From positions 1 to 42,392 of the forward strand of contig JBDKSP010000042.1 of the NCBI GenBank assembly GCA_039680575.1: DNA of 42,392 bases, given 5' to 3'. Under the pieces are notes generated by a model. It did no database searches, was not told the origin of the DNA, and was given only the letters and a program-made list of their open reading frames with translations. How positions within the stretch are numbered: position 1 is the stretch's first letter; the number at the start of each line of letters is the position of its first letter. The DNA is from Armatimonadota bacterium. Lineage in GTDB: Bacteria > Armatimonadota > UBA5829 > DTLH01. The translations under genes and the position numbers were made by a program. This document shows, in pieces, positions 15,932 through 25,934 of the stretch.

Positions 15932-17464
15932 TTATGGATACCCGACTGCCGTCTTTGCGGACGGAGAAACCGGCCGCTCAAGCAGATACACGGATATCTC
16001 TTTGAATTCTCTGGACGCGAGCACTCTGCACCGGCTCTTAATCGCGGGTTTGATATACTCCATGGATTTTCGCGGCAGTCTCGATAACACCAGCCACTGC
16101 CTTTTCTCTGCCGGCATGGTCTCGATGAGTTTTATGGCTTTCTCTTCGTTCCATGGATCAAACTCAGCCGTACGGTCCTTTAGGAAATCTTCCGACCAGA
16201 CTGCATGCCACTTCGACTTGCCGTCATAGTAGTGATCGAATATATTCCCGACCGAATGGCGGTAAATCGCTATTGTGTCCGATGGACGCTCTCGTTCCTT
16301 TATGTATTCTACAGCTAATTTCCATTGAGGTCGATTGGTAATTAGATAATATCGCGCAAGTTTCCCGGCTGCAGGGATCAAAAGGAAGAGGCATAAGACT
16401 GCGAAGACCGTTTTGTTCCGAAATCTGGATACGGCGGCTCCGAGCAGCAGGAAGTATATGGGCGAAATGAACATAAGGTACCGGATCACCCAGATGTTGA
16501 CATCAACAACTGACATCAGAAACACTGCGACAGTAGGGGCGAGAAGCCATACTGCTGCCCACTTTGTCTCAGGCCTTTTCCTATCAGCCCACACGAGATA
16601 AGCGAGGAGTAACGCAGCGCCGACTGTGTACACATAGCATAGAGCGTTTATCAGCCTGCCGCCGCCTCCCCATTCGCTTATGCCGAACTTTCCCCAGATG
16701 ACCGGAATATCGAACAGTTTCGGTTTATACATCTGGTCCAGATAAGCCTGGCTGCTGTAACCTGTCCCGAAGCTGGCAACGTACGGCCACCTCGGAAACC
16801 AGATAGCCAGAACGACGAGTTCAAATACAACCCACGGAAGAAGCCGCTTCCAATCTCTGCGATAGGTCCAAAAGACTATAAGATTCATCGGGACCAACAG
16901 GACAATTGCGACCGCATGGGTGAGAAGCGCCATCAGGAAACACACAACACATCCAACGATATATATGGTCCGCCCGGATTTGAGCGCATTAACAAAGAAA
17001 TAGAACGTTCCGATGCCCGTCAGTGCAAGAAGCGTATACATCCGCACTTCCTGGGAGTGGTCTACATGAAGCGGCGACACTGCTATGAGCAGTCCGGCTA
17101 CGACGGCTGCCTTCATGCCCCATATCTTCCGCGCCAATAGAAAAATGACCGCTACGGTCACTAAATCAAAAATTACAGATGGGACTCTGAGCAGCCAATC
17201 CGACTGCCCAAGGTGCATCCACGGTGAAAGTATCCAAAAGTAAAGCGGCCTGCTCGCCTTCTGGACCGTAAAGCCTGCCGAAGCATCTTTCAGGCTCAGC
17301 CCCTCATCGATCCACATATTCTCCGTGCCGAGTTGATAAATCCTGAGTACGGCAGCCAGCGCCAACACCGCAAAAAGTGCGAACAGCCAGCGGTCACTGT
17401 AAACCCGGCGGATGCTACTCGTTCCGACTCTTTCATCGACTGCACTCTGTACGCTGGAATCCAA
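15932..17464 (-). CDS. GT-C fold glycosyltransferase (family 39/ArnT/PMT-like)
   Basis: LRIYQLGTENMWIDE, RPLYF, LRVPS, SQEVRMY, multiple TM helices. TTG start after AAGGAGG. Confidence 0.88.
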   Translation of the reverse strand: MDSSVQSAVDERVGTSSIRRVYSDRWLFALFAVLALAAVLRIYQLGTENMWIDEGLSLKDASAGFTVQKASRPLYFWILSPWMHLGQSDWLLRVPSVIFDLVTVAVIFLLARKIWGMKAAVVAGLLIAVSPLHVDHSQEVRMYTLLALTGIGTFYFFVNALKSGRTIYIVGCVVCFLMALLTHAVAIVLLVPMNLIVFWTYRRDWKRLLPWVVFELVVLAIWFPRWPYVASFGTGYSSQAYLDQMYKPKLFDIPVIWGKFGISEWGGGGRLINALCYVYTVGAALLLAYLVWADRKRPETKWAAVWLLAPTVAVFLMSVVDVNIWVIRYLMFISPIYFLLLGAAVSRFRNKTVFAVLCLFLLIPAAGKLARYYLITNRPQWKLAVEYIKERERPSDTIAIYRHSVGNIFDHYYDGKSKWHAVWSEDFLKDRTAEFDPWNEEKAIKLIETMPAEKRQWLVLSRLPRKSMEYIKPAIKSRCRVLASREFKEISVYLLERPVSPSAKTAVGYP

Positions 17465-17484
17465 TTAGTATACCTCCTTTACCG

Positions 17485-17910
17485 TTATGGATATGGGACC
17501 AGGAGCATATCTTTCGTATAAATCTCCGCATCCCTCGTATATTCGGAAATCTCATATATATCACGGAGGACGATTGCCTCCACAGGGCAGGCATCCTGGC
17601 AGTAACCGCAGAATATGCACCTAAGCATATTGATCTCGTATACCTGGGCGTAGCGCTCGCCGGGAGAATATCTCGCCCCATCACGGTTTTCGGCTGCGAC
17701 GACCAGTATGCAGTGTGCAGGACAGGCTCCGGCACAAAGCGAACACCCTATGCACCGCTCCAGGCCATCCTCATGCCGCAGGAGCACATGCCGCCACCTG
17801 GCGCGCGGAGGAAGTCTGCGTTTTACTTCCGGGTATTCCACCGTCACGCGCTTTTCCGCAAGCACATGCCTCATCGTGACTGCCAGACCTTCGAAGAGCT
17901 CCTTCAGCAT
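17485..17910 (-). CDS. nuoI: NADH-quinone oxidoreductase subunit I (copy 2)
   Basis: TVEYPE, CIGCSLCAGACP, YEINMLRCIFCGYCQDACP. TGATG coupling to nuoG. Confidence 0.95.
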   Translation of the reverse strand: MLKELFEGLAVTMRHVLAEKRVTVEYPEVKRRLPPRARWRHVLLRHEDGLERCIGCSLCAGACPAHCILVVAAENRDGARYSPGERYAQVYEINMLRCIFCGYCQDACPVEAIVLRDIYEISEYTRDAEIYTKDMLLVPYP

Positions 17911-20039
17911 CAGCGGACCTCCCACTGCCGGCCAAATGGACCCAGCGAGTCATAGGATATACCGTTGTAGCCCGGCATGATCTGCGATATTTCGTCGTAG
18001 ATATTCTCAACCCGCCCGAAATCAAAACCGGAGGTTCCGGTGAGAAACGCAGCCTTCAGGATAATATCCGTGTCCGGCAAAGAGTCGCCTATCGGTCTGA
18101 TAGCCGGGCTGATCCGTTGAATCCTGCGCTCAGTGTTCGTAAAAGTCCCTTTTGTCTCGGCAAATGTCGAACTCGGAAGGACCACATGAGCCATTTTGGC
18201 TGTCTCGGTAAGGAAATAGTCCTGAACGATCAATGCATCGAGCCTGCCGAGAGATTCCCTGGCGTCGTCGTCGTAAACCAGATGGCTCACAGGGTCGAGA
18301 CCCATAATCCAAAGAGCAAAGATGTCGCTTCCGGTTTTTGCAATAATCTCCCGTCCTGAAAATCCTCTTTCACTTGAAAGTTCGCCGCCCCAAAAGCCTT
18401 CCATCTCGGCGCGCGTGTCAGGCGATATCTTCCGATAGCCTGGATAATAACCCGGCAGTAGCCCCACATCCATAGCCCCCTGAGAGTTGCCATCCCGTGT
18501 GAGGAGCATTGCAGACACATTTGCGCCAAACCCATGTAAAGCATCGATGAGCCAGTTCAGCGAGTCCAGTATATCCAGTCCACGCTCGGCGGACCGAAGA
18601 AGCGGTTCCGAGACGAGAAGTGAGATTGATTTGGCGTCTTTCAGCGTTTTCGACGCGGACTCTATACTCTCTCTTTCAACACCGGCCATCGGCTGGCACG
18701 CCAGTCCCTTGACCGCGTTCGACAGTTCCGCAGCAAACTTCGCCTCTTTGCCTTCGTGGTACGGCAGGAACGCTGATGCGTATTTTGCAAGCTCCGCGGC
18801 GAGAGGATAGGCAAAAATGAGCTTGCTGCCATGCTTCCACACGGCTTTCTTTATCCAAAGGTCGATTAGCGGCAGGTCGAAGCTGATGTCCGAGCCAATT
18901 GAAAGAATAACTTCCGAGTTCGGGATGTCTCTGATCGAACCATTGAACATTCCACCGGATAACCCTGAGGCAAGAGCGTCCGCCCCATCGGCGCTTCTCG
19001 GCTCTATGGTAAAATCTATGTTGTTCGTCCTCAATACGCACCGTATGAACTTCTGGAAGAGGTAGTTTTGCTCGTTCGTGCGGTTCGGTGAGCCGAGTCC
19101 GGCCGTACGGGCTCCGGCTTTACGCATTAGGGAGATCGCAGTCGTGAGCGCTTCTTCCCATGTCGTTTCCTGAAACTCACCATTTTTTCTTACGAGTGGC
19201 TTTGTGAGACGCTCAGAATCGTTTATGAAGGTAGAATCGAACCGGCCGCGGTCGCAGAGCCAGTCTTCATTGACTTCATCATTATTCCGCGCCACAAAAC
19301 GAGCCACATGCCGCCCGCTGCGGTCGTGAATCTCCATATTACAGCCGACACCGCAGTCCGGGCAGATGCTCTCGGTGCTTGTCATCTCCCAGGGTCTTGC
19401 CCTGAACCTGAAAACGCTGGAAAGGAGCGCTCCGACAGGGCAGAGCTCTATGGTATTCCCTGAAAAGTTGGACTCGAACGGTTTTCCTGGGAAAATGTCG
19501 ATGTAGTCGCGGTATCCGCGATTGGAGACAAAAATCTGAGGATGGTCGACTATCTCCCTTTGGAACCTGACGCACCTGAAGCACAGGATGCACCGCTCCC
19601 TGTCCATAAGGACCAGTGCCGAAAGAGGAACAGGCTTCGCAAAATGGCGTTTTTCGTGCTCGAACCGGCTGTCGGTCGGGCCGTAAGCGAAAGTATTGTC
19701 CTGAAGAGGACATTCGCCTCCACGGTCGCACACAGGGCAGTCGAGCGGATGGTTGATAAGCAAAAATTCGAGCACACCCTTCCACATCTCCTTGACTTCG
19801 GGGGTATTGGTGCGGACTACCATCCCATCTGCTGCTTTGGTAGAGCATGATACCTGCGGCTTGCGGAACCCCTCTATATCCACCAGACACTGCCTGCAGG
19901 CGCCGACCGGCTCCAGCTTATGATGGTAGCAGAAAACGGGAATGTCTATCCCAAGCATCTTCGCCGCCTCAAGCACCAGCGTGTCCTTCGGCACAGTTAT
20001 CTTCTGCCCGTCTATTGTCAAAGTGACTTCATCGGCCAT
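17910..20039 (-). CDS. nuoG: NADH-quinone oxidoreductase subunit G
   Basis: N1b (FCYHHKL..GACRQC...SC), N5 (HPLDCPVCDRGGEC), N4 (CILCFRC...CPVG), N7 (CPDCGVGC...LCDRGRF), and a molybdopterin-oxidoreductase-like C-terminal domain. Confidence 0.95.
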   Translation of the reverse strand: MADEVTLTIDGQKITVPKDTLVLEAAKMLGIDIPVFCYHHKLEPVGACRQCLVDIEGFRKPQVSCSTKAADGMVVRTNTPEVKEMWKGVLEFLLINHPLDCPVCDRGGECPLQDNTFAYGPTDSRFEHEKRHFAKPVPLSALVLMDRERCILCFRCVRFQREIVDHPQIFVSNRGYRDYIDIFPGKPFESNFSGNTIELCPVGALLSSVFRFRARPWEMTSTESICPDCGVGCNMEIHDRSGRHVARFVARNNDEVNEDWLCDRGRFDSTFINDSERLTKPLVRKNGEFQETTWEEALTTAISLMRKAGARTAGLGSPNRTNEQNYLFQKFIRCVLRTNNIDFTIEPRSADGADALASGLSGGMFNGSIRDIPNSEVILSIGSDISFDLPLIDLWIKKAVWKHGSKLIFAYPLAAELAKYASAFLPYHEGKEAKFAAELSNAVKGLACQPMAGVERESIESASKTLKDAKSISLLVSEPLLRSAERGLDILDSLNWLIDALHGFGANVSAMLLTRDGNSQGAMDVGLLPGYYPGYRKISPDTRAEMEGFWGGELSSERGFSGREIIAKTGSDIFALWIMGLDPVSHLVYDDDARESLGRLDALIVQDYFLTETAKMAHVVLPSSTFAETKGTFTNTERRIQRISPAIRPIGDSLPDTDIILKAAFLTGTSGFDFGRVENIYDEISQIMPGYNGISYDSLGPFGRQWEVR

Positions 20040-20041
20040 TT

Positions 20042-21817
20042 TTACCTATCCACTTCGCCCATAATCATATCCACACTGCCGAGGACGGCTATTACGTCGG
20101 AAACGAGCCTGTTTTGAATCATAAGCGGCATACTCTGAAGCGTCGAAAACGTCGGGGAGCGCAGATGCATTCTGTAGGGCTTCGGGCTGCCGTCGCTTAC
20201 GATGTAGTATCCGGCCTCGCCGCGTGGACCTTCGTAGCTTACGTAGGAATCGCCCTTCGGCACATTGAACCCCTTTGTCGCCACGAGAAAATGATGGATC
20301 AGCGATTCCATGCTCACATCCAGCCGCTGTCTCGGCGGAAGGACTATCTTGTAATCCTCGATTCTATAGTCCCCATCGGGAAGGTTATCAAGCGCTTGTT
20401 CTATGATCCTCAGGCTCTGCCTCATCTCTTCCATCCGAACGAGATAACGGTCATACACATCGCTGTTTTCGCCGGTCGGAATATCGAAATCGAACTCATC
20501 GTAAGCCGAATAAGGCCAGACCTTGCGTACATCCCAGGCGAGCCCGGTTGCGCGGAGGACAGGACCGGAAACACCGTAGCTCAGGGCATCTTCCCTGCTT
20601 ATGCAGCCGATTCCCTTAGTCCGCTCTAGCCAGATCGGGTTTTTCGTAAGAAGCGAATGGTAATCATCCAGCCTGGCAGGGAAAGTGTCCAGAAAACGCC
20701 GGACTGCGGCGGTAAAACCTTCAGGAATATCGTCACGAAGGCCGCCGATATTGATCCAGCTCGTCATCATCCTCTGGCCGGAAAGGAGTTCGAAAATGTC
20801 GAGGATTGCTTCCCTGTCGCGGAACCCGTAGAGAAAGATCGTAACGGCTCCGATTTCTATCCCATGCGTCCCAAGCCAAAGCAGGTGGCTCGATATTCTT
20901 GTAAGCTCATTTAGAAGCACCCGCAGGTATTTCGCCCTCGGCGGGACTTCTATTCCCAAAAGTTTTTCGACAGAGAGCGCGTAGCCCAGGTTATTGATGA
21001 GCGGCGCAACATAGTCCATCCGGTCGGTAAGCGTCAAAGTCTGCTGGTAGAGAAGCTGCTCGGCCTGTTTTTCTATTCCGGTGTGGATGTAGCCGATGTC
21101 GAGGTCCGAATCGATGACCGTCTCCCCTTCGAGCGCGAGTATGACCCGAAGAACACCGTGCGTACTTGGGTGCTGTGGCCCCATATTGATGATGAGCTTT
21201 CCGTCTTTCTCATACTTCGCCATCCTCGATGCGCCGCAGGTGGTGTTCATCTCGTCTCCGCGCTCGATATAGGCTTTGAAGTCCATCCCCTCGAACTGTT
21301 CGTCATAGAACGCTGTCTGCGGGATAATGCTGCCCGTATTTTCAGTAAACTGGACTTCTTCACTCCCGATTGGGTGGTCTTTTCTTAAGGGATGGCCGAT
21401 CCAGTTGGACGGCATAAGTATTCTTCTTAAGTCCGGGTGGTCCGCGAACCGGATGCCGAACATGTCGTAGACTTCGCGCTCCATCCAGTTGGCGTTTTTC
21501 CAGACGGAGGTTACGGTCTCGACTTCCTCGCCTATCTCGACAGGCGCTTTTATCCACAAGCGGCGGCCATCAGGGACCGAATACATCCTGTAGACGGCCT
21601 CGAACCTCGGCCTTTTTCTATAGAAATCGACTGCCGTTATGTCCGAGAGAAAGTTGTAATTGAGGTTTGGATCATCGTGGAGTGCCCGGCAGAGCGGCAG
21701 GATGGCTTCGCGCTCGGCGCGGAGGAATATCTCCCGCCCTTCCGATGTCCGAGCCTTCTCGGAGACTTCCCTTAAAGCATCTTCCACTTTGTCTTTGGCG
21801 ATAACAGTGTCGATCAT
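20042..21817 (-). CDS. nuoCD: Fused NADH-quinone oxidoreductase subunit C/D
   Basis: [33 protein letters not shown] (NuoC) and [24 protein letters not shown] (NuoD). No NiFe CxxC ligands. Confidence 0.96.
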   Translation of the reverse strand: MIDTVIAKDKVEDALREVSEKARTSEGREIFLRAEREAILPLCRALHDDPNLNYNFLSDITAVDFYRKRPRFEAVYRMYSVPDGRRLWIKAPVEIGEEVETVTSVWKNANWMEREVYDMFGIRFADHPDLRRILMPSNWIGHPLRKDHPIGSEEVQFTENTGSIIPQTAFYDEQFEGMDFKAYIERGDEMNTTCGASRMAKYEKDGKLIINMGPQHPSTHGVLRVILALEGETVIDSDLDIGYIHTGIEKQAEQLLYQQTLTLTDRMDYVAPLINNLGYALSVEKLLGIEVPPRAKYLRVLLNELTRISSHLLWLGTHGIEIGAVTIFLYGFRDREAILDIFELLSGQRMMTSWINIGGLRDDIPEGFTAAVRRFLDTFPARLDDYHSLLTKNPIWLERTKGIGCISREDALSYGVSGPVLRATGLAWDVRKVWPYSAYDEFDFDIPTGENSDVYDRYLVRMEEMRQSLRIIEQALDNLPDGDYRIEDYKIVLPPRQRLDVSMESLIHHFLVATKGFNVPKGDSYVSYEGPRGEAGYYIVSDGSPKPYRMHLRSPTFSTLQSMPLMIQNRLVSDVIAVLGSVDMIMGEVDR

Positions 21818-22305
21818 GGCTTTTGCCCAGACGGAATGCCCTTTTTGATCTTCTCCTGAATCATGATCAGCCCTTCAAGCAGCATCTCCGGGCTTGGCGG
21901 GCATCCGGGGATGTACACATCGACCGGCAGGATATTGTCCACGCCGTTTATGACCGCATAGTTACTGAAAACCCCTGAAGTCGAGGCGCATGCGCCCATC
22001 GAGATCACCCATTTGGGGTCCGGCATCTGGTCGTAGAGCCTTTTTGCGACCGGCATCATCTTGAGGCAGAGCCTGCCGGAGACGATCATCAAATCCGCCT
22101 GCCTGGGAGACGGCCTGAAGAGTTCTGCGCCGAACCGTGCCAGGTCGAAACGGGATGCAGCCGTCGCCATCATCTCTATGGCGCAGCAGGCAAGCCCCAT
22201 CATAAGCGGCCAGAGTGATGACCTCTCCGCCCATCTGACGAGATCATTTACACTGGCGAGAATTATCCCGCCCTCCCCGCTTCTCTTAAGGTCATTACCT
22301 TCCAT
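21814..22305 (-). CDS. nuoB: NADH-quinone oxidoreductase subunit B
   Basis: [33 protein letters not shown]. Confidence 0.97.
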   Translation of the reverse strand: MEGNDLKRSGEGGIILASVNDLVRWAERSSLWPLMMGLACCAIEMMATAASRFDLARFGAELFRPSPRQADLMIVSGRLCLKMMPVAKRLYDQMPDPKWVISMGACASTSGVFSNYAVINGVDNILPVDVYIPGCPPSPEMLLEGLIMIQEKIKKGIPSGQKP

Positions 22306-22307
22306 CC

Positions 22308-23699
22308 TCAGCTCCCAGCCCTCCGCCCGGTCATCGTCCGAAGGTCCAGCACCCTGTCCAGCTCTTCTTCGTCCATCAGCTCATGCTCAAGCGCGATCTC
22401 TCGTATACTCTTATTCGAGCTTAATGCTTCTTTGGCGATATCCGCTGCCCTCAGATACCCGATATGCGGGGAAAGCGCTGTGACAATTGCCTCGCTTTCT
22501 TCCGCATACCGCTCAGCTGTCTCTCTATTCGCAGTTATCCCTTCGATGCATCGACTTGCAAGGACAAGCGCGGCACGCGAAAGAATCCTGATCGACTGGA
22601 GAAGGTTATAAGCCACAACCGGCAGCATGACATTCAGTTCCAACTGGCCTGCCTGCGCCGCGAGAGCTATGGTAGTATCATTCCCCACAACCTGAAAGCC
22701 GACCATATCGACCATCTCAGGAATCGATGGATTGACCTTCCCCGGCATGATCGACGACCCAGGCTGGACCGCAGGCAGCCTGATCTCCGCAAACCCCGTC
22801 TTCGGGCCGGAAGAAAGCAGCCTGAGATCATTCGATATCCTGATTATTTCGAGCGCAAGGAGCCTCAAGGTTAATGAAACAAGTGAAAAGTCCGCTGCGC
22901 TCTGCGTAATCTCGAAAAGGTTCTCTGCAGGCTTTAGTCCGAGCCCTGTCAGCTCCGAAAGCCGGTCTACAACGATTGCCTGGTACCCCGGCTGTGTGTT
23001 TATCCCCGTACCGACGGCTGTCGCTCCAAGGTTCACCCGTTTGAGCGCGTTTGACGACTCCCGTATTCTCTCGATAGCCCTTCCGATTGTGGCTGTGTAG
23101 CCGCCGAACTCCTGTCCGAGCGTAATCGGGACGGCATCCTGAAGGTGCGTCCGCCCAGCCGTCAGAATGTCGGCAAACTCCTCTGATTTCGCTGCAAAAG
23201 CGCCTCTCAGCCGTTCCAGAACGGGATAAAACTCATGTTCCAGCTTCCAGAGCGTCGCAATACGGAGCGTGGTCGGGAAAACATCGTTCGTAGACTGGGA
23301 CATGTTGACGTGGTCGTTCGGACTGATCTTTTTGTAGTTCCCTTTCGGCTCGTCCATAAGAGAGAGCGCCCGGTTCGCGATGACCTCGTTCGCGTTCATA
23401 TTAAACGATGTGCCGGCTCCCGCCTGGTAGACATCCACAGGAAACTGGTTATCGAATATCCCTTCCATCACCTCACGTGCGGCCTGTAGGATCGGGGTTC
23501 CGATCTCAGGGTCGAGCACTCCAAGTTCCATGTTGGCCTGCGCCGCAGCCGCTTTGACCGCGCCTATTGCGCGCGGCATCTCAGAGGGATAGCTGAGGCC
23601 GCTTATGGGGAAGTTTTCGATGGACCTTTCCGTATGAATGCCCCAATAGACATCTTCGGGGACCGTTCTCTCGCCAAGTGCGTCACGTTCCACACGCAT
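22308..23699 (-). CDS. aspA: Aspartate ammonia-lyase (fumarase/aspartase superfamily)
   Basis: [42 protein letters not shown] is AspA-like rather than FumC-like (QTGSGT). Confidence 0.8.
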   Translation of the reverse strand: MRVERDALGERTVPEDVYWGIHTERSIENFPISGLSYPSEMPRAIGAVKAAAAQANMELGVLDPEIGTPILQAAREVMEGIFDNQFPVDVYQAGAGTSFNMNANEVIANRALSLMDEPKGNYKKISPNDHVNMSQSTNDVFPTTLRIATLWKLEHEFYPVLERLRGAFAAKSEEFADILTAGRTHLQDAVPITLGQEFGGYTATIGRAIERIRESSNALKRVNLGATAVGTGINTQPGYQAIVVDRLSELTGLGLKPAENLFEITQSAADFSLVSLTLRLLALEIIRISNDLRLLSSGPKTGFAEIRLPAVQPGSSIMPGKVNPSIPEMVDMVGFQVVGNDTTIALAAQAGQLELNVMLPVVAYNLLQSIRILSRAALVLASRCIEGITANRETAERYAEESEAIVTALSPHIGYLRAADIAKEALSSNKSIREIALEHELMDEEELDRVLDLRTMTGRRAGS

Positions 23700-23895
23700 C
23701 GTTATGCCTCTTTATTCAAGTTGGCTGCCTGAAGTATATACCCCGAATAACCGGCTCAAAACCATCCATTCCGTTTAATGCAACCGGCGCAGGGGTACAT
23801 CAATTGTGGTTGGATGCCGCTCGACTGATACTGCGATCGGTTGTGCTCTCAGTTGGCGCGGAGTCTGATCTTAAGCGCAAGGAGGGTTAAGCCAA

Positions 23896-24831
23896 ATGAG
23901 TTACAAACTACTGCTGGTCGGTCTGGTCTTCAGCATGGCTATGATCTCACTAGGAGCCTTCGCTGATGGGAAAACAGAGTCAAGCGCAGCCGGCTCGTCT
24001 GAGATGACCGTGACCGGGACTGTTACTGCGCGTACTGGAAACCTGGTAACTCTGGCGGCGGATGATGGGAAAACTTATAAAGTCGATGCCACAGGTGCAA
24101 TAGTCCTTCTGGACAGGCTGCCCGGAAACTGCTTGAGCCTGCGCATCGGTGATAAAATGCGTGTCTACGGCAAGCTGACCGGAAACAACAGCCTCAAAGC
24201 CTCTAGAGTGCATATATTCCTATCCGACACCGAAGCAGCCGCAACGGGCGTACCTACCGGAGCAGGCGCGGGAGCGAAGGGAGACGATTCGGATGTGAGA
24301 CTCCCGTCAGTTGGTGATACGCTCGGCAATTGGCGAAACAGGGGACTTGTTCTGGACGTCAGATATTCCGACAGGTTGGTGACCGTCGCAACATCGAAAG
24401 GTGAATACCTCATCGATGTGAGCGTAGCGACTATCGTCGATACAAACAAGACAGTCTCGATTGCCCGTATCGGACAAGGCGACGCGGTCAGAATATGGGG
24501 AGAGCTCAGTGGACTTAACAAAATCCGCGCAGACAGGATCGAGATACTGCGCGGAAGAGGAAACCAGGAAGCTTCGGTCCCGCTGAAGTCGGTCAGCATG
24601 AAAGGCCAGATAGTATATATTGATTATCCGTCGTTTACATTCAAGCTCAAGACCGATTCAGTAGATGTCAGTGTTCTTTCGGATGAGAACACTTTCATCC
24701 AACTGCAGTCGGAACGGAAAGCATTTCAGTACCTTGCTGTAGGACAAACAGTGAAGGTTGATGCTGTCGGCAGTCTGAACACAGGCTATGTCGCCAGCAG
24801 AATCCTGGTTATAGGAGACCCTGGAAGATAA
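23896..24831 (+). CDS. Secreted protein with three DUF5666-like beta-barrel repeats
   Basis: Signal peptide ending AFA; repeats LRIGDKMRVYG...ASRV, IGQGDAVRIWG...ADRI, LAVGQTVKV...ASRI. AAGGAGG RBS. Confidence 0.75.
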   Translation: MSYKLLLVGLVFSMAMISLGAFADGKTESSAAGSSEMTVTGTVTARTGNLVTLAADDGKTYKVDATGAIVLLDRLPGNCLSLRIGDKMRVYGKLTGNNSLKASRVHIFLSDTEAAATGVPTGAGAGAKGDDSDVRLPSVGDTLGNWRNRGLVLDVRYSDRLVTVATSKGEYLIDVSVATIVDTNKTVSIARIGQGDAVRIWGELSGLNKIRADRIEILRGRGNQEASVPLKSVSMKGQIVYIDYPSFTFKLKTDSVDVSVLSDENTFIQLQSERKAFQYLAVGQTVKVDAVGSLNTGYVASRILVIGDPGR

Positions 24832-24929
24832 AGATTGCTTAAATAGAAGATTACAGCACATGCTCTTCCGATTTTTGAAGGAACTCCACATCCGGTTGCT
24901 TAACTTCTCTTTATAGTGGAGAGGTTAAG

Positions 24930-25904
24930 ATGAAAAAAATAGCAGTTATGACGAGCGGGGGAGACGCCCCCGGTATGAATGCATGCGTGAGAGCTGTAGT
25001 CCGCTATGGTATGAACGCAGGAGTAAATGTACTCGGAATCCAGCGCGGTTTCTCAGGACTGATGAATAACGATATCATCGAGATGGACAGCCGCTCGGTC
25101 GGCGGGATCATCCGTCTTGGCGGAACCATCCTTATGAGCGCAAGAGCACTTGAGTTCAAGACGCCGGAAGGACAACAACGTGCGCTGGAGACACTCTCAG
25201 CCTGGGGGATCGAAGGTGTCGTTGTAATCGGCGGCGACGGGTCGCTCTGCGGCGCTCGGACGCTTTACGAGCTCGGAGTCCCTGTCATAGGAGTCCCGGC
25301 GTCCATAGATAACGACATCGGCTGCACGGAAATGTCGATAGGTGTCGATACGGCGCTCAACACTATCCTCGACGCGGTGGACAAGATCAAAGATACTGCA
25401 AGCGCGCACCAACGGGCGTTCATTATAGAAGTCATGGGACGCAGGCACGGCTATCTGGCACTTATGTCCGGTGTCGCAGGCGGAGCTGAACTTATCATCC
25501 TGCCGAACACTAAGATAGACCCGGTATACATAAGCAAGGAAGTCAAAACGGCGTCTCTCAGAGGAAAGCCACACTTCATCATCATTGTCGCCGAAGGAGC
25601 GGAGATGGAAGGGCAGGAAAGCGTAACGGCCAAGATTGCACATGTGGTGAAAGATGCGGGATTCGATCCGAGGGTTACTGTGCTTGGACATGTGCAGAGG
25701 GGCGGTTCTCCGACAGCATTCGACAGACTGCTCGGCACCCGCTTCGGAGCCAAGGCTGTAGAGAATCTGCTGGCAGGTGAGTCCGGTACTATGACATGTC
25801 TTCTTGCCGATCATATAATAACCAAACCTCTTGAGGAAGTCCTATCGACTAAAGTCCAATTGAGAGATGATATTTTAGCCCTGGTGCAGCCATTGGCCAG
25901 ATAA
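24930..25904 (+). CDS. pfkA: ATP-dependent 6-phosphofructokinase
   Basis: TSGGDAPGMN, IGGDGS, SIDND, EVMGR, LGHVQRGG. Confidence 0.97.
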   Translation: MKKIAVMTSGGDAPGMNACVRAVVRYGMNAGVNVLGIQRGFSGLMNNDIIEMDSRSVGGIIRLGGTILMSARALEFKTPEGQQRALETLSAWGIEGVVVIGGDGSLCGARTLYELGVPVIGVPASIDNDIGCTEMSIGVDTALNTILDAVDKIKDTASAHQRAFIIEVMGRRHGYLALMSGVAGGAELIILPNTKIDPVYISKEVKTASLRGKPHFIIIVAEGAEMEGQESVTAKIAHVVKDAGFDPRVTVLGHVQRGGSPTAFDRLLGTRFGAKAVENLLAGESGTMTCLLADHIITKPLEEVLSTKVQLRDDILALVQPLAR

Positions 25905-25934
25905 ATTCGAGCAGGAGAGAAGAATTTACAAGCT

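Noticed and set aside
20042..21817. Group 4 NiFe hydrogenase large subunit
   Set aside because: Lacks N- and C-terminal CxxC ligands and has the NuoD quinone-site motifs HPSTHG, DY and GEVDR.
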